This document shows positions 47,247 to 54,911 of a stretch of DNA of 64,000 nt, in pieces. The stretch comes from Dehalococcoidia bacterium (lineage in GTDB: Bacteria; Chloroflexota; Dehalococcoidia; UBA2979), in the NCBI GenBank assembly GCA_964291495.2, contig OZ219871.1, positions 864,001 to 928,000 on the forward strand, read 5' to 3'. A program made the position numbers and the translations under genes. Position 1 is the first letter of the stretch. The number at the start of each line of letters is the position of its first letter. A model generated the notes under the pieces. The model did no database searches. It saw nothing but the letters and a program-made list of their open reading frames with translations, and had not been told where the DNA came from.

Positions 47247-48581
47247 CTACGCGGCGCCGGCGTCCACCGCAGCCGCTGCCGCGAGGCCGCTGCGCACCGC
47301 CGACTCCATCGTCGCCGGCCAGCCGGTGTCCGTGTAGGCGCCGGCGAGGAAGAGGTTCGCGATCGGCGTGCGCGGGCCGGGGCGCTCGAGGCCCGGTGAT
47401 GGCACGAACGTCGCCTCCGGCTCCTTCACCACGCGCCAGTGCAGCAACTCGGCGCCGCGCGCGGCGGGGAGGGCGGCGCGCAGCTGCGGCAGCAGCCGCT
47501 CGCGCAGCTCCTCGCCGCCGAGCGCGAACAGCTCGCCCGGCGCGCTGATCGAGACCACGAGGTGCTGACGCGCCGCTTCATCCTCGCCACCTGCGCGGCT
47601 GCGGTTGAAGACCCACTGCACATCCGAGCGGACGAAGGCTGCGAAGTCGAAGCCAGCCACCGGGCGGTCGAACCAGAGATGCACGTTGAGGATCGGCGCG
47701 GGCTCGAACCGCGCGAGCGTGCCGAGCGCGCCCTCGCCACGCGCGTCCTCCGGCAGCAACGGCAGCAGCCGCCAAGGCGCGAGGGCGCTCACGCAGGCAT
47801 CGAACTCGCGCCGCTCGCCGCCGCGCAGGACGAGCGCCTCGACGCGCCCGCCCGCGACCTCGATGCGCTCGATCGGCGTGCGGGTGGAGACGGTCCCGCC
47901 GCGCGCCTCGATGGCGCGCGTTGCAGGGTCGACGTGCAGCTCGGAGAGTCCGACGGCAGAGACGGCGAGCGCGGCGGAGGTGGGGCTGTGCTGGAACCCC
48001 TCCTCGATCACGAAGAGCGCCTGGCTCGCGCTCGCCTGGTCGGCGCGGCAGTTGAGTGTGGGGATCACGAGGAAGTCCCAGAACTCGCGGATCGTGTCGC
48101 TCGCCTGACCGCGCTCGCGCAGCCACTGAGCGAACGTCAGGTGCTCCATGCGCTCGCGCTCCTCGCTGCTCAGGCGGCGGATCGCGAGGAAGGCGCGCAC
48201 GATCTGCACCTTCTGCCGCCAGCTGAGGTGGCGGTAGCGCAGCAGCGAAGGCGCGAGGTGCAGGCCAAGGGGCAGCTTCGCGGCCCGCAGGTCGGAGCGC
48301 GTGCCGGCCTCGTCGAAGACCGGGACGCTCAGCCGCATCTGTCTCCTCGTGAGATCGAGTGTGCCGAGCCGTTCGAGGAAGGCCGCGTAGGCCGTGGTGC
48401 ACTGCATGAAGACGTGCTGGCCGTTGTCGATCTCGTCGCCGGTCTGCTCGTCGCGGAAGGAGTAGGTGGCGCCGCCGGCCCAGGGACGGCGCTCGAGCAG
48501 CTCGACCTGGTGGCCGCGATCGGCGAGTTCCACGCCCGCGGCGAGGCCGGCGAGCCCGGCGCCGATGATGCCGATCCGCAC
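47247..48581 (-). CDS. hpnE: hydroxysqualene dehydroxylase
   Basis: IIGAGLAGL, IDNGQHV, LAGAYTDTGWPATMESAVRSG; follows hpnCD. Confidence 0.9.
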   Translation of the reverse strand: MRIGIIGAGLAGLAAGVELADRGHQVELLERRPWAGGATYSFRDEQTGDEIDNGQHVFMQCTTAYAAFLERLGTLDLTRRQMRLSVPVFDEAGTRSDLRAAKLPLGLHLAPSLLRYRHLSWRQKVQIVRAFLAIRRLSSEERERMEHLTFAQWLRERGQASDTIREFWDFLVIPTLNCRADQASASQALFVIEEGFQHSPTSAALAVSAVGLSELHVDPATRAIEARGGTVSTRTPIERIEVAGGRVEALVLRGGERREFDACVSALAPWRLLPLLPEDARGEGALGTLARFEPAPILNVHLWFDRPVAGFDFAAFVRSDVQWVFNRSRAGGEDEAARQHLVVSISAPGELFALGGEELRERLLPQLRAALPAARGAELLHWRVVKEPEATFVPSPGLERPGPRTPIANLFLAGAYTDTGWPATMESAVRSGLAAAAAVDAGAA

Positions 48582-48594
48582 GGCGGCGCCGGAG

Positions 48595-49515
48595 TCAGCC
48601 CGAGCGCGCGGGCCCGAGCAGGGCGGCCCCTGCCCAGAGGCGCGCGATCGCGGTCAGCTTCTCGATGCCGCTCAGGCTCACCCGCTCGTTGAGCACGTCG
48701 TAGCCGCGCGCCTCGATGCGCTTGAGCAGCTCGAAGTAGACGCCCTGCAGCACGTTGACGCACATCCGCGAGCGCAGGTCGAGCAGCGGCAACAGTCCGC
48801 GCCCGAGGCGGAAGTAGTGGTGGGCGCGCTGGCCCTGCGCCGCCATCAGCGAGACGAAGCGGTGGTCGTACTGGCAGGCGAGGATGTCGTCGGCGGTCAG
48901 GCCGTGCGCGCTCAACTCATTGGCCGGGAAGTAGACGCGCCCGCGCGCGGCGTCCTCCTTCACGTCGCGCATGATGTTCACGATCTGCAGCCCCAGGCCC
49001 ATGCTCGCGGCGAACTCCGTGGCGCGCGGGTGCGGCCTGGCCCCGAAGATCGAGACGCAGATGTGGCCGACCATCGAGGCGACGCGGTTGCAGTACTGCT
49101 GGAGATCCGCCCAGGTCTCGTAGCGGTCGATGGTGAAATCCATCTCCACGCCGTTGACCAGCTCCTCGAAGTGCTCGCGCGGCGTCCCGAAGCGGTCGAT
49201 CGCGTCACCGAGCGCGATGAACAGCGGTCCCCGGCGCGCGCCCTCGTAACAGGCCGCGAGGCGCTCGCGCGCCCTCGCGATCTCCTCTTCCTGGCGCGAC
49301 CGCTCGGTCAGCTCGTCGGCGATGTCGTCCACGTAGCCGCTGAAGGCGTAGGCGGCGTAGATGGCGTTGCGCTTACCTGGAGGAAGAATCGTGAAGGCGT
49401 AGTAGAAGTTCGAGGCGCGCGCCTTCGTGAAGGTCCGGCACCAGGCGTAGGCGTCTTCCGGCGTGTAGCGCTCGTCGCCGTGCGCCTCCAGCTCGGCCAG
49501 GACATCGAACGTCAC
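48595..49515 (-). CDS. hpnD: presqualene diphosphate synthase
   Basis: SNFYYAF, VDDIAD, YCNRVAS, LQIVNIMRDVKEDA.RGRVY. Confidence 0.85.
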   Translation of the reverse strand: MTFDVLAELEAHGDERYTPEDAYAWCRTFTKARASNFYYAFTILPPGKRNAIYAAYAFSGYVDDIADELTERSRQEEEIARARERLAACYEGARRGPLFIALGDAIDRFGTPREHFEELVNGVEMDFTIDRYETWADLQQYCNRVASMVGHICVSIFGARPHPRATEFAASMGLGLQIVNIMRDVKEDAARGRVYFPANELSAHGLTADDILACQYDHRFVSLMAAQGQRAHHYFRLGRGLLPLLDLRSRMCVNVLQGVYFELLKRIEARGYDVLNERVSLSGIEKLTAIARLWAGAALLGPARSG

Positions 49516-49535
49516 GCCGTCCTCCGTTCGAGCGA

Positions 49536-50423
49536 TCAGATGCGCAGCGCGACGCGCAGGCCGTGGACGATCGCCAGGCGCAGCTTCACGGCGCGCGTCA
49601 CCCGAGGCCGCGCGCTGAGCGTGTCGTAGCCGGCGCGTTCGATCGCATCGAGGATCGCCTCGCCACCCAGCCGGAAGAGCCGGATGTCGGTGCGCACCGC
49701 GCGCGGGACCAGCGCCTCGAGGGCGCTGCCCTGGGCGAAGAGCGCCCGCGCGCGGTCCACCTCGAAGCGCATCAGCTCCCGGAAGTTCGCATCGAAGCGC
49801 CCTTCGATGATCTGCGCGTCGTCGCAGCCGAAGCGGCGCAGATCCTCCTGCGGCAGATAGATGCGCCCCTTCCCGATGTCGACCGAGACGTCCTGCCAGA
49901 AGTTCGCGAGCTGCAACCCGATGCAGGTCGCGTCGGACAGCGCGATGCGCTCGGGGTCCTGGTAGCCGAGGACGGCGAGCACCATCCGGCCGACCGGCGT
50001 CGCGGAGTAGCTGCAGTAGTCGAGCACGTCCTCGTAGGTCTCGAAGCGGGAGACGCGCTGGTCGATGCGGTTCGCCTCGATCAGGCGCAGGAACGGGTCG
50101 AGCGGGATCTCGCGGTCCTCGATGGTCCGGGCGAGGGCCGTCAGCAGCGGCCGCGCCGGTTCGCCCGCGACCGCCTCGCGCAGTTCGCGCTCCCAGTCGT
50201 CGAGCAGCGCGAGGCGGTCGCCCTCCGCCTCGTCGCCGAGGTCGTCGGTGTAGCGGCAGAAGGCGTAGACGGCGAAGAAATGGCGGCGCAGCTTGCGAGG
50301 CAGGAACCACGAGACGACGGTGAAGTTCTCGCCGTGGCGGCGGGCGTAGCGCTGGCACCAGCGGTACGCCTCGCGAGTGTCGGCGGGGCCGCCCCGCAGC
50401 TGTTCGCCGGTGTTCGCGCTCAT
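49536..50423 (-). CDS. hpnC: hydroxysqualene synthase
   Basis: HGENFTVVS, TDDLGDE, SATPVGR, LQLANFWQDV. Confidence 0.9.
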   Translation of the reverse strand: MSANTGEQLRGGPADTREAYRWCQRYARRHGENFTVVSWFLPRKLRRHFFAVYAFCRYTDDLGDEAEGDRLALLDDWERELREAVAGEPARPLLTALARTIEDREIPLDPFLRLIEANRIDQRVSRFETYEDVLDYCSYSATPVGRMVLAVLGYQDPERIALSDATCIGLQLANFWQDVSVDIGKGRIYLPQEDLRRFGCDDAQIIEGRFDANFRELMRFEVDRARALFAQGSALEALVPRAVRTDIRLFRLGGEAILDAIERAGYDTLSARPRVTRAVKLRLAIVHGLRVALRI

Positions 50424-50520
50424 CGCGGGCGATCCGTTCGGGACGGGACGAGGCGTCGCGCGCGACCCGTCCGGCGTTCGTGATGGAGTTTCAAGGACAG
50501 GGTATCAAGTCTCCGACGGC

Positions 50521-50994
50521 TCAAACCTCGTCGCGCAGGTAAGCCGTCGCCAGCGCGTCGGCGTACTCGTTCCAGCGGGCGCCGTCGTGGGCGCGGATCC
50601 AGCGGATGCGGACGTGCGGGCGCTCCTGCACGAGCGCCCAGGCGCGCTGCACGAGATCGAGGTTCTTGACCGGCCCCGCGCGGCGCTTCCAGCCCCGCCG
50701 CTCCCAGCCGGCGGCCCACTCGTTGAGCGTCCGCACCACCAGATCGCTGTCGCTGTACACGTCCTCCGCCTCGGACGGGTCGATCATCTCGAGGCCGACG
50801 ATCATCGCTTCCAGCTCCATGCGGTTGTTGGTCGTGGAGGGGTGCGAGCCGTGGCGCTGTTGGAGGACGGCGCCGTCGCGCACCCGGACCGCGCCCCAGC
50901 CGCCGGGGCCGGGGTTCCCGAAGCAGGAGCCGTCCGTGAAGACGCCGCTGGCCGGGCCCGCGCTGAATTGCGCGAGCACCTGCTGCGTCGTCAT
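50521..50994 (-). CDS. rnhA: ribonuclease HI
   Basis: FTDGSC.GNPGPGGWG, TTNNRMEL, YSDS, KNLDL, NEYADALA. Confidence 0.93.
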   Translation of the reverse strand: MTTQQVLAQFSAGPASGVFTDGSCFGNPGPGGWGAVRVRDGAVLQQRHGSHPSTTNNRMELEAMIVGLEMIDPSEAEDVYSDSDLVVRTLNEWAAGWERRGWKRRAGPVKNLDLVQRAWALVQERPHVRIRWIRAHDGARWNEYADALATAYLRDEV

Positions 50995-51053
50995 CGAGCC
51001 CTCGCGCGGCATCGGCGCTCCCTTGTCCGGGCGGTTCTCATCCGCGAGCCCGG

Positions 51054-52583
51054 CTATTGCACGGCGATCCCGTTGTAGAGCATCACGGGATCCCCCTGAA
51101 AGACGTCACTCTCGAGGTTGGCGATCACGATGATCGGGCGATCGGCGATCACGACGGCGCCGCCGACCCAGCCGTCGGGGAGAGTGTCGTCCTCCCACTG
51201 GCGCAGCGTGCGGAAGTGATCGACCGTGGCGCCCGGGGAAAGCCGGCCCGTGGGGAAGTGCCGCGAGAAGTAGAGCACGTTGACGCGCGCACGCGAGCCG
51301 TCGAAGGCAACCACGCGGAACCATGAGTTCCAGCCGTCGAAGCCGCCCCAGGGGCCGAAGTTCTTGTTGAGCACCGGCAGCACGATTTCGCGTGCGGCCT
51401 CGGAGGGGGTGAAGCCGCGGTAGTCGGCCAGCGCTCCGTCGGCGGAGAGGCGCTGCGCGACCACGGCGACCGGGTACTCGGCGCGGATCCGCACCGTCCC
51501 GAAGAAGGTGTCGGGCAACGAGACGTCTTCCGGCAGACATCCGGCGACGCCGTCGAAGCGCTGGTCGCAGGTCAGGCCGGAGAGGACCGTCACCTCGTGC
51601 TCGATCTCGATCTCGCCGCCGTCGGCGTTGTGGCCGGCGAAGAGGAGCTGCAGCTCGTTGGGCACGGGCGGGATGCTATTGAAGATCCGGAAGCGCGTCG
51701 TCCAGGTGGTCTGGCCCTCGCTGGCGTTGCGGTCGACGACCGGGAGCACCACGTCGCGGCTCATCTCGGTGTAATCGATGCCGCGGTAGGTCGAGAGCCC
51801 GGGGCCCTCGCGTTCGCGCGTGTCCACCATCATCGCCGGCATCTGGTCCTGCGCGGGCACGCCCGAGGCCGTCGTCAGGCCCTGGACCACGGCCGAGCCG
51901 TCGAAGCCCTCGGGCACGGGCAGGCTGTGCTCGTCGCGCAGCAGCGTGCCGCGGGGCGGCACCAGGGCGCCGCCGCGCGGGCAGCCCTCCGTGGCCCCCG
52001 GAGGATCGATCGCGGTCGGTCGCGTCGCGCCCTCGTCGTAGTAGACGATCTGAAAGCAGCCCTCGTGCGTGTCGCTGGTGTTCTCGACGGAGATGCGGGA
52101 GACGTACTTGGCGGTGCGCTGGACCACCGGCGCGAAGTGCGTCGCGCTCCCCGGCGCGAGGCTGAGCGCGTCGCCGCCGATCCGGAACAGCCCGTCCTGG
52201 AAGACATCGCGGGCGAGCAGGGCGACGAAGGGTTGATCGACCGAAACCACCGCGGAGCCGCGATAGCCCTCGTCCAGGGGCTCGTAGCCCTGCTGGAAGA
52301 AGGACCAGCCCGAGCCTGGCGCCAGCGCCTCGCACTCACCCCGGCGCGGGCAGCGGTCGCTGCCCACGAGGTCGCCGTCGAGGTCGAAGAACTGGACATC
52401 GATGTTGGCGGCGCGGCGTCCGATGTTCTGGACGCGCAGCCACGAGTTCTCGTCGCCGAGGTCGAGCGGATCGGCTTCGCTGCGCGGAGCGTCGGCGAGA
52501 GAGGCGAGGGCGAACGCGGCGGCGAGCAGCGCCAGCAGCGCGAGGGGCCGCAGTCGCGGAGGCGCGAGAATCCAGAAGCGCAC
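51054..52583 (-). CDS. secreted hypothetical protein with four beta-rich repeats
   Basis: Signal peptide; units ending GSAVV.VDQP / GSAVVQG / GTVRI..YPVAVV / GGAVVIADRPII. Confidence 0.8.
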   Translation of the reverse strand: MRFWILAPPRLRPLALLALLAAAFALASLADAPRSEADPLDLGDENSWLRVQNIGRRAANIDVQFFDLDGDLVGSDRCPRRGECEALAPGSGWSFFQQGYEPLDEGYRGSAVVSVDQPFVALLARDVFQDGLFRIGGDALSLAPGSATHFAPVVQRTAKYVSRISVENTSDTHEGCFQIVYYDEGATRPTAIDPPGATEGCPRGGALVPPRGTLLRDEHSLPVPEGFDGSAVVQGLTTASGVPAQDQMPAMMVDTREREGPGLSTYRGIDYTEMSRDVVLPVVDRNASEGQTTWTTRFRIFNSIPPVPNELQLLFAGHNADGGEIEIEHEVTVLSGLTCDQRFDGVAGCLPEDVSLPDTFFGTVRIRAEYPVAVVAQRLSADGALADYRGFTPSEAAREIVLPVLNKNFGPWGGFDGWNSWFRVVAFDGSRARVNVLYFSRHFPTGRLSPGATVDHFRTLRQWEDDTLPDGWVGGAVVIADRPIIVIANLESDVFQGDPVMLYNGIAVQ

Positions 52584-52687
52584 GGGCGCGCCCTCCACCC
52601 CGCCACCAGAGATGATACGTGAGACGGGTCACTCGGCGTGAAGTCCACGCCTCGTCGTGGCGGGAGTTCCGGCGCTCCGCGCGCGAA

Positions 52688-52712
52688 CTCTGGGTTATAC
52701 TATCAACCAGAG
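52688..52712 (+). promoter_or_regulatory. inverted repeat enclosing -10 TATACT of AbrB-PIN module
   Basis: CTCTGGGTT-atactatc-AACCAGAG. Confidence 0.6.
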
Positions 52713-52720
52713 GTAATACC

Positions 52721-52996
52721 ATGCCCTATCTGGTTGGACCCAAGGGTCAGGTCGTGGTCGCGAAGGAGATTCGCGACCGGCTCGGGATTGGTCCTGGGTG
52801 GGTCGCGATCCAGCGCCTGGCCGGCGACCACGTCGAGATGCACTTCCTGCCGCCCGATCACAACGAGTCCTTAAAGGGCAGCCTCGCCCCGTACGTGCGG
52901 CGCGCATCACGTCCCGAGGACTGGGACGGAGCGAGGGAGCGCGCCTGGCGCTATGCCGCAGAGGAACGTGAACGCGAGCCCGATCCTCCCCAGTGA
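52721..52996 (+). CDS. AbrB/MazE-type antitoxin
   Basis: VGPKGQVVVAKEIRDRLGIGPG. Confidence 0.88.
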   Translation: MPYLVGPKGQVVVAKEIRDRLGIGPGWVAIQRLAGDHVEMHFLPPDHNESLKGSLAPYVRRASRPEDWDGARERAWRYAAEEREREPDPPQ

Positions 52997-53403
52997 TCGC
53001 ACTGCTCGACACGTCGATGCTCGTTCGGTATCTCACAGGCGATCCACCGGACCTCGCCGATGCCGGCGCGCGGGTGATCGACGGCGAGGACCAGCTCCTG
53101 ATCACGGATGTCGTGCTCGTCGAGGCGGCGTACGTGCTCCGCTCCGTGTACGACGTGCCGAGGGAAGCGATCGTCGATCACCTGATCGCCCTTCTCCGCA
53201 AGGCGAACATCGCTACCTTCCGTCTGGACAAGCACCTCGTGATCGAGGCGTTACTGCTGTGCCGGCCTTCGGGCCGTGTCTCGTTCAGCGACGCGCTGGT
53301 CTGGGCGGCGGCGCGGTCGGAGCCGGATTCGATCGTCTACTCGTTCGATCGGCGCTTCCCGGACGATGGGATCACGGTCCTGGATTCGGCGGCGGGTCAG
53401 TAG
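52993..53403 (+). CDS. PIN-domain toxin
   Basis: LLDTSMLVRYL, VLVE..YVL, SFSDAL, YSFDRRF; GTGA coupling. Confidence 0.9.
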   Translation: MIALLDTSMLVRYLTGDPPDLADAGARVIDGEDQLLITDVVLVEAAYVLRSVYDVPREAIVDHLIALLRKANIATFRLDKHLVIEALLLCRPSGRVSFSDALVWAAARSEPDSIVYSFDRRFPDDGITVLDSAAGQ

Positions 53404-53497
53404 CGGGACGAACCGGATCGCACCTTTCGGGACCGCCAACTCGACGCCCGGATCGGGGCGGTGCTACGATCGCGGTCCTGGCGCCTCGCGGCGCCGT

Positions 53498-53574
53498 CGG
53501 GGTGTAGCTCAGCTTGGCAGAGCGCGTCGTTCGGGACGACGAGGTCCGCAGTTCAAATCTGCGCACCCCGACCA
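53498..53574 (+). tRNA. tRNA-Pro (anticodon CGG)
   Basis: Acceptor CGGGGTG/CACCCCG-ACCA, anticodon arm CGTCG-TTCGGGA-CGACG, GTTCAAATC T-loop; TGCTACGAT promoter at 53462. Confidence 0.97.
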
Positions 53575-53615
53575 TCCCCCTCCACTTCTGACCCCGCGAC
53601 GAAGGGCTCGGCACG

Positions 53616-54356
53616 GTGACCACACCCTCCGCCGCCGGCCGCACGCGCCGCCCTCGCGTCCTGGTCACGCGCGCCGAGGAGGTGCCCGGCGAACGCTGGG
53701 ACGACTACGCCGACTGCCTCGAGGCTGCGGGCGCGGACTGGGAGGCCTACGACCTCGCCGACTGGCAACCCGGCGCGCGCATCGAGGACTACGACGGGTT
53801 GATCATCAGCGGCGGGGTCGACATCGACCCCGCCTGCTACGGCGAGGCGCCCTCGAGCTACGTGACCGACACAAACGCAGCCCGCGACGAGTTCGAGCGC
53901 GCGCTGCTGCGGGACGCCCTCGATCACGACCTGCCGGTGCTGGGGATCTGCCGAGGGCATCAGCTCCTCAACGTCGCGCACGGCGGTTCGCTGCTGCAGC
54001 ACATCGCCGAGCGCGAGCCGCACCGCGCCCGCAGCGGCGAGGACGGCGCGATCGACTCCGGCTGGCACGACGTCGCGCTGGCGGAGGGCTCGCTGCTCGC
54101 AAGCCTGTTCGCCGCGCCCTCGCTGCGCGTCAACTCGCGCCACCACCAGGCCGTCACGCTCGACCGCCTCGCGCCCGGCCTGCGCGTGGCGGCGACGACC
54201 CCGGACGGCGTCGTCGAGGCGCTGGAGCGCCCCGACCGGCGCTGGGTGGTCTCCGTGCAGTGGCACCCGGAGCGCAAGGAGGACGCCGCGAGCCAGCGCC
54301 CGATCTTCGAGGCATTCGTGGAGGCCTGCGCCGCGACCGCGCAGCAGGACGGGTGA
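53616..54356 (+). CDS. peptidase C26 gamma-glutamyl hydrolase (PuuD-like)
   Basis: SGGVDIDP..YG, LGICRGHQ, VNSRHHQAV, VQWHPE. Confidence 0.92.
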   Translation: MTTPSAAGRTRRPRVLVTRAEEVPGERWDDYADCLEAAGADWEAYDLADWQPGARIEDYDGLIISGGVDIDPACYGEAPSSYVTDTNAARDEFERALLRDALDHDLPVLGICRGHQLLNVAHGGSLLQHIAEREPHRARSGEDGAIDSGWHDVALAEGSLLASLFAAPSLRVNSRHHQAVTLDRLAPGLRVAATTPDGVVEALERPDRRWVVSVQWHPERKEDAASQRPIFEAFVEACAATAQQDG

Positions 54357-54826
54357 CGGACGCGCCGCCCGGCGTCCGCTACTTCGCCTACGGCTCCAAC
54401 CTCAGCGAGTCCCGCCTGCACGAGAACTGCCCATCCGCTCGCCTCGAGGCAGTAGCCCGGCTGTCCGGCTACCGGCTGGCGTTCACGCGCCGCAGCGAGC
54501 GCTGGGACGGCGGCGTGGCCGACATCCGCCCCGACCCCGACGGCGAAGTGTGGGGCATCGTCTGGCGCATCGCCGCCGCTGAGGGCGACGCCCTTGATCG
54601 GCAGGAGGGCGTGCACGCCACGCCGCCGCGCTACCGGCGGATCGAGGTCACCGTGACCACACCTGGCGGTGCGGCCCTGGACTGCCTCGCCTACCAGGTG
54701 GTCGAGCCGGAGGCGGAGCACATCGCGCCGTCCGCCGCCTACCTCGGGACGATGCTGCGGGGCGCGCGCGCGGCGGGGTTGCCGGAGGAGTACATCAGGC
54801 GGATCGAGGCGATCGCGGCCGGCTGA
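54353..54826 (+). CDS. gamma-glutamylcyclotransferase family protein
   Basis: [26 protein letters not shown]; GTGA coupling. Confidence 0.9.
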   Translation: MTDAPPGVRYFAYGSNLSESRLHENCPSARLEAVARLSGYRLAFTRRSERWDGGVADIRPDPDGEVWGIVWRIAAAEGDALDRQEGVHATPPRYRRIEVTVTTPGGAALDCLAYQVVEPEAEHIAPSAAYLGTMLRGARAAGLPEEYIRRIEAIAAG

Positions 54827-54911
54827 CGGGGGCGCCGCTGCGGGTTCCTGACCCCTCCCGCTGGTACAATAGGAATACGGACGTTCCCGCACTCCCCGTC
54901 CGAGGCAGACG

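Noticed and set aside
53498-53574. tRNA-Pro as an integration site for an island
   Set aside because: No duplicated tRNA 3' end or integrase seen; the TA module lies on the 5' side
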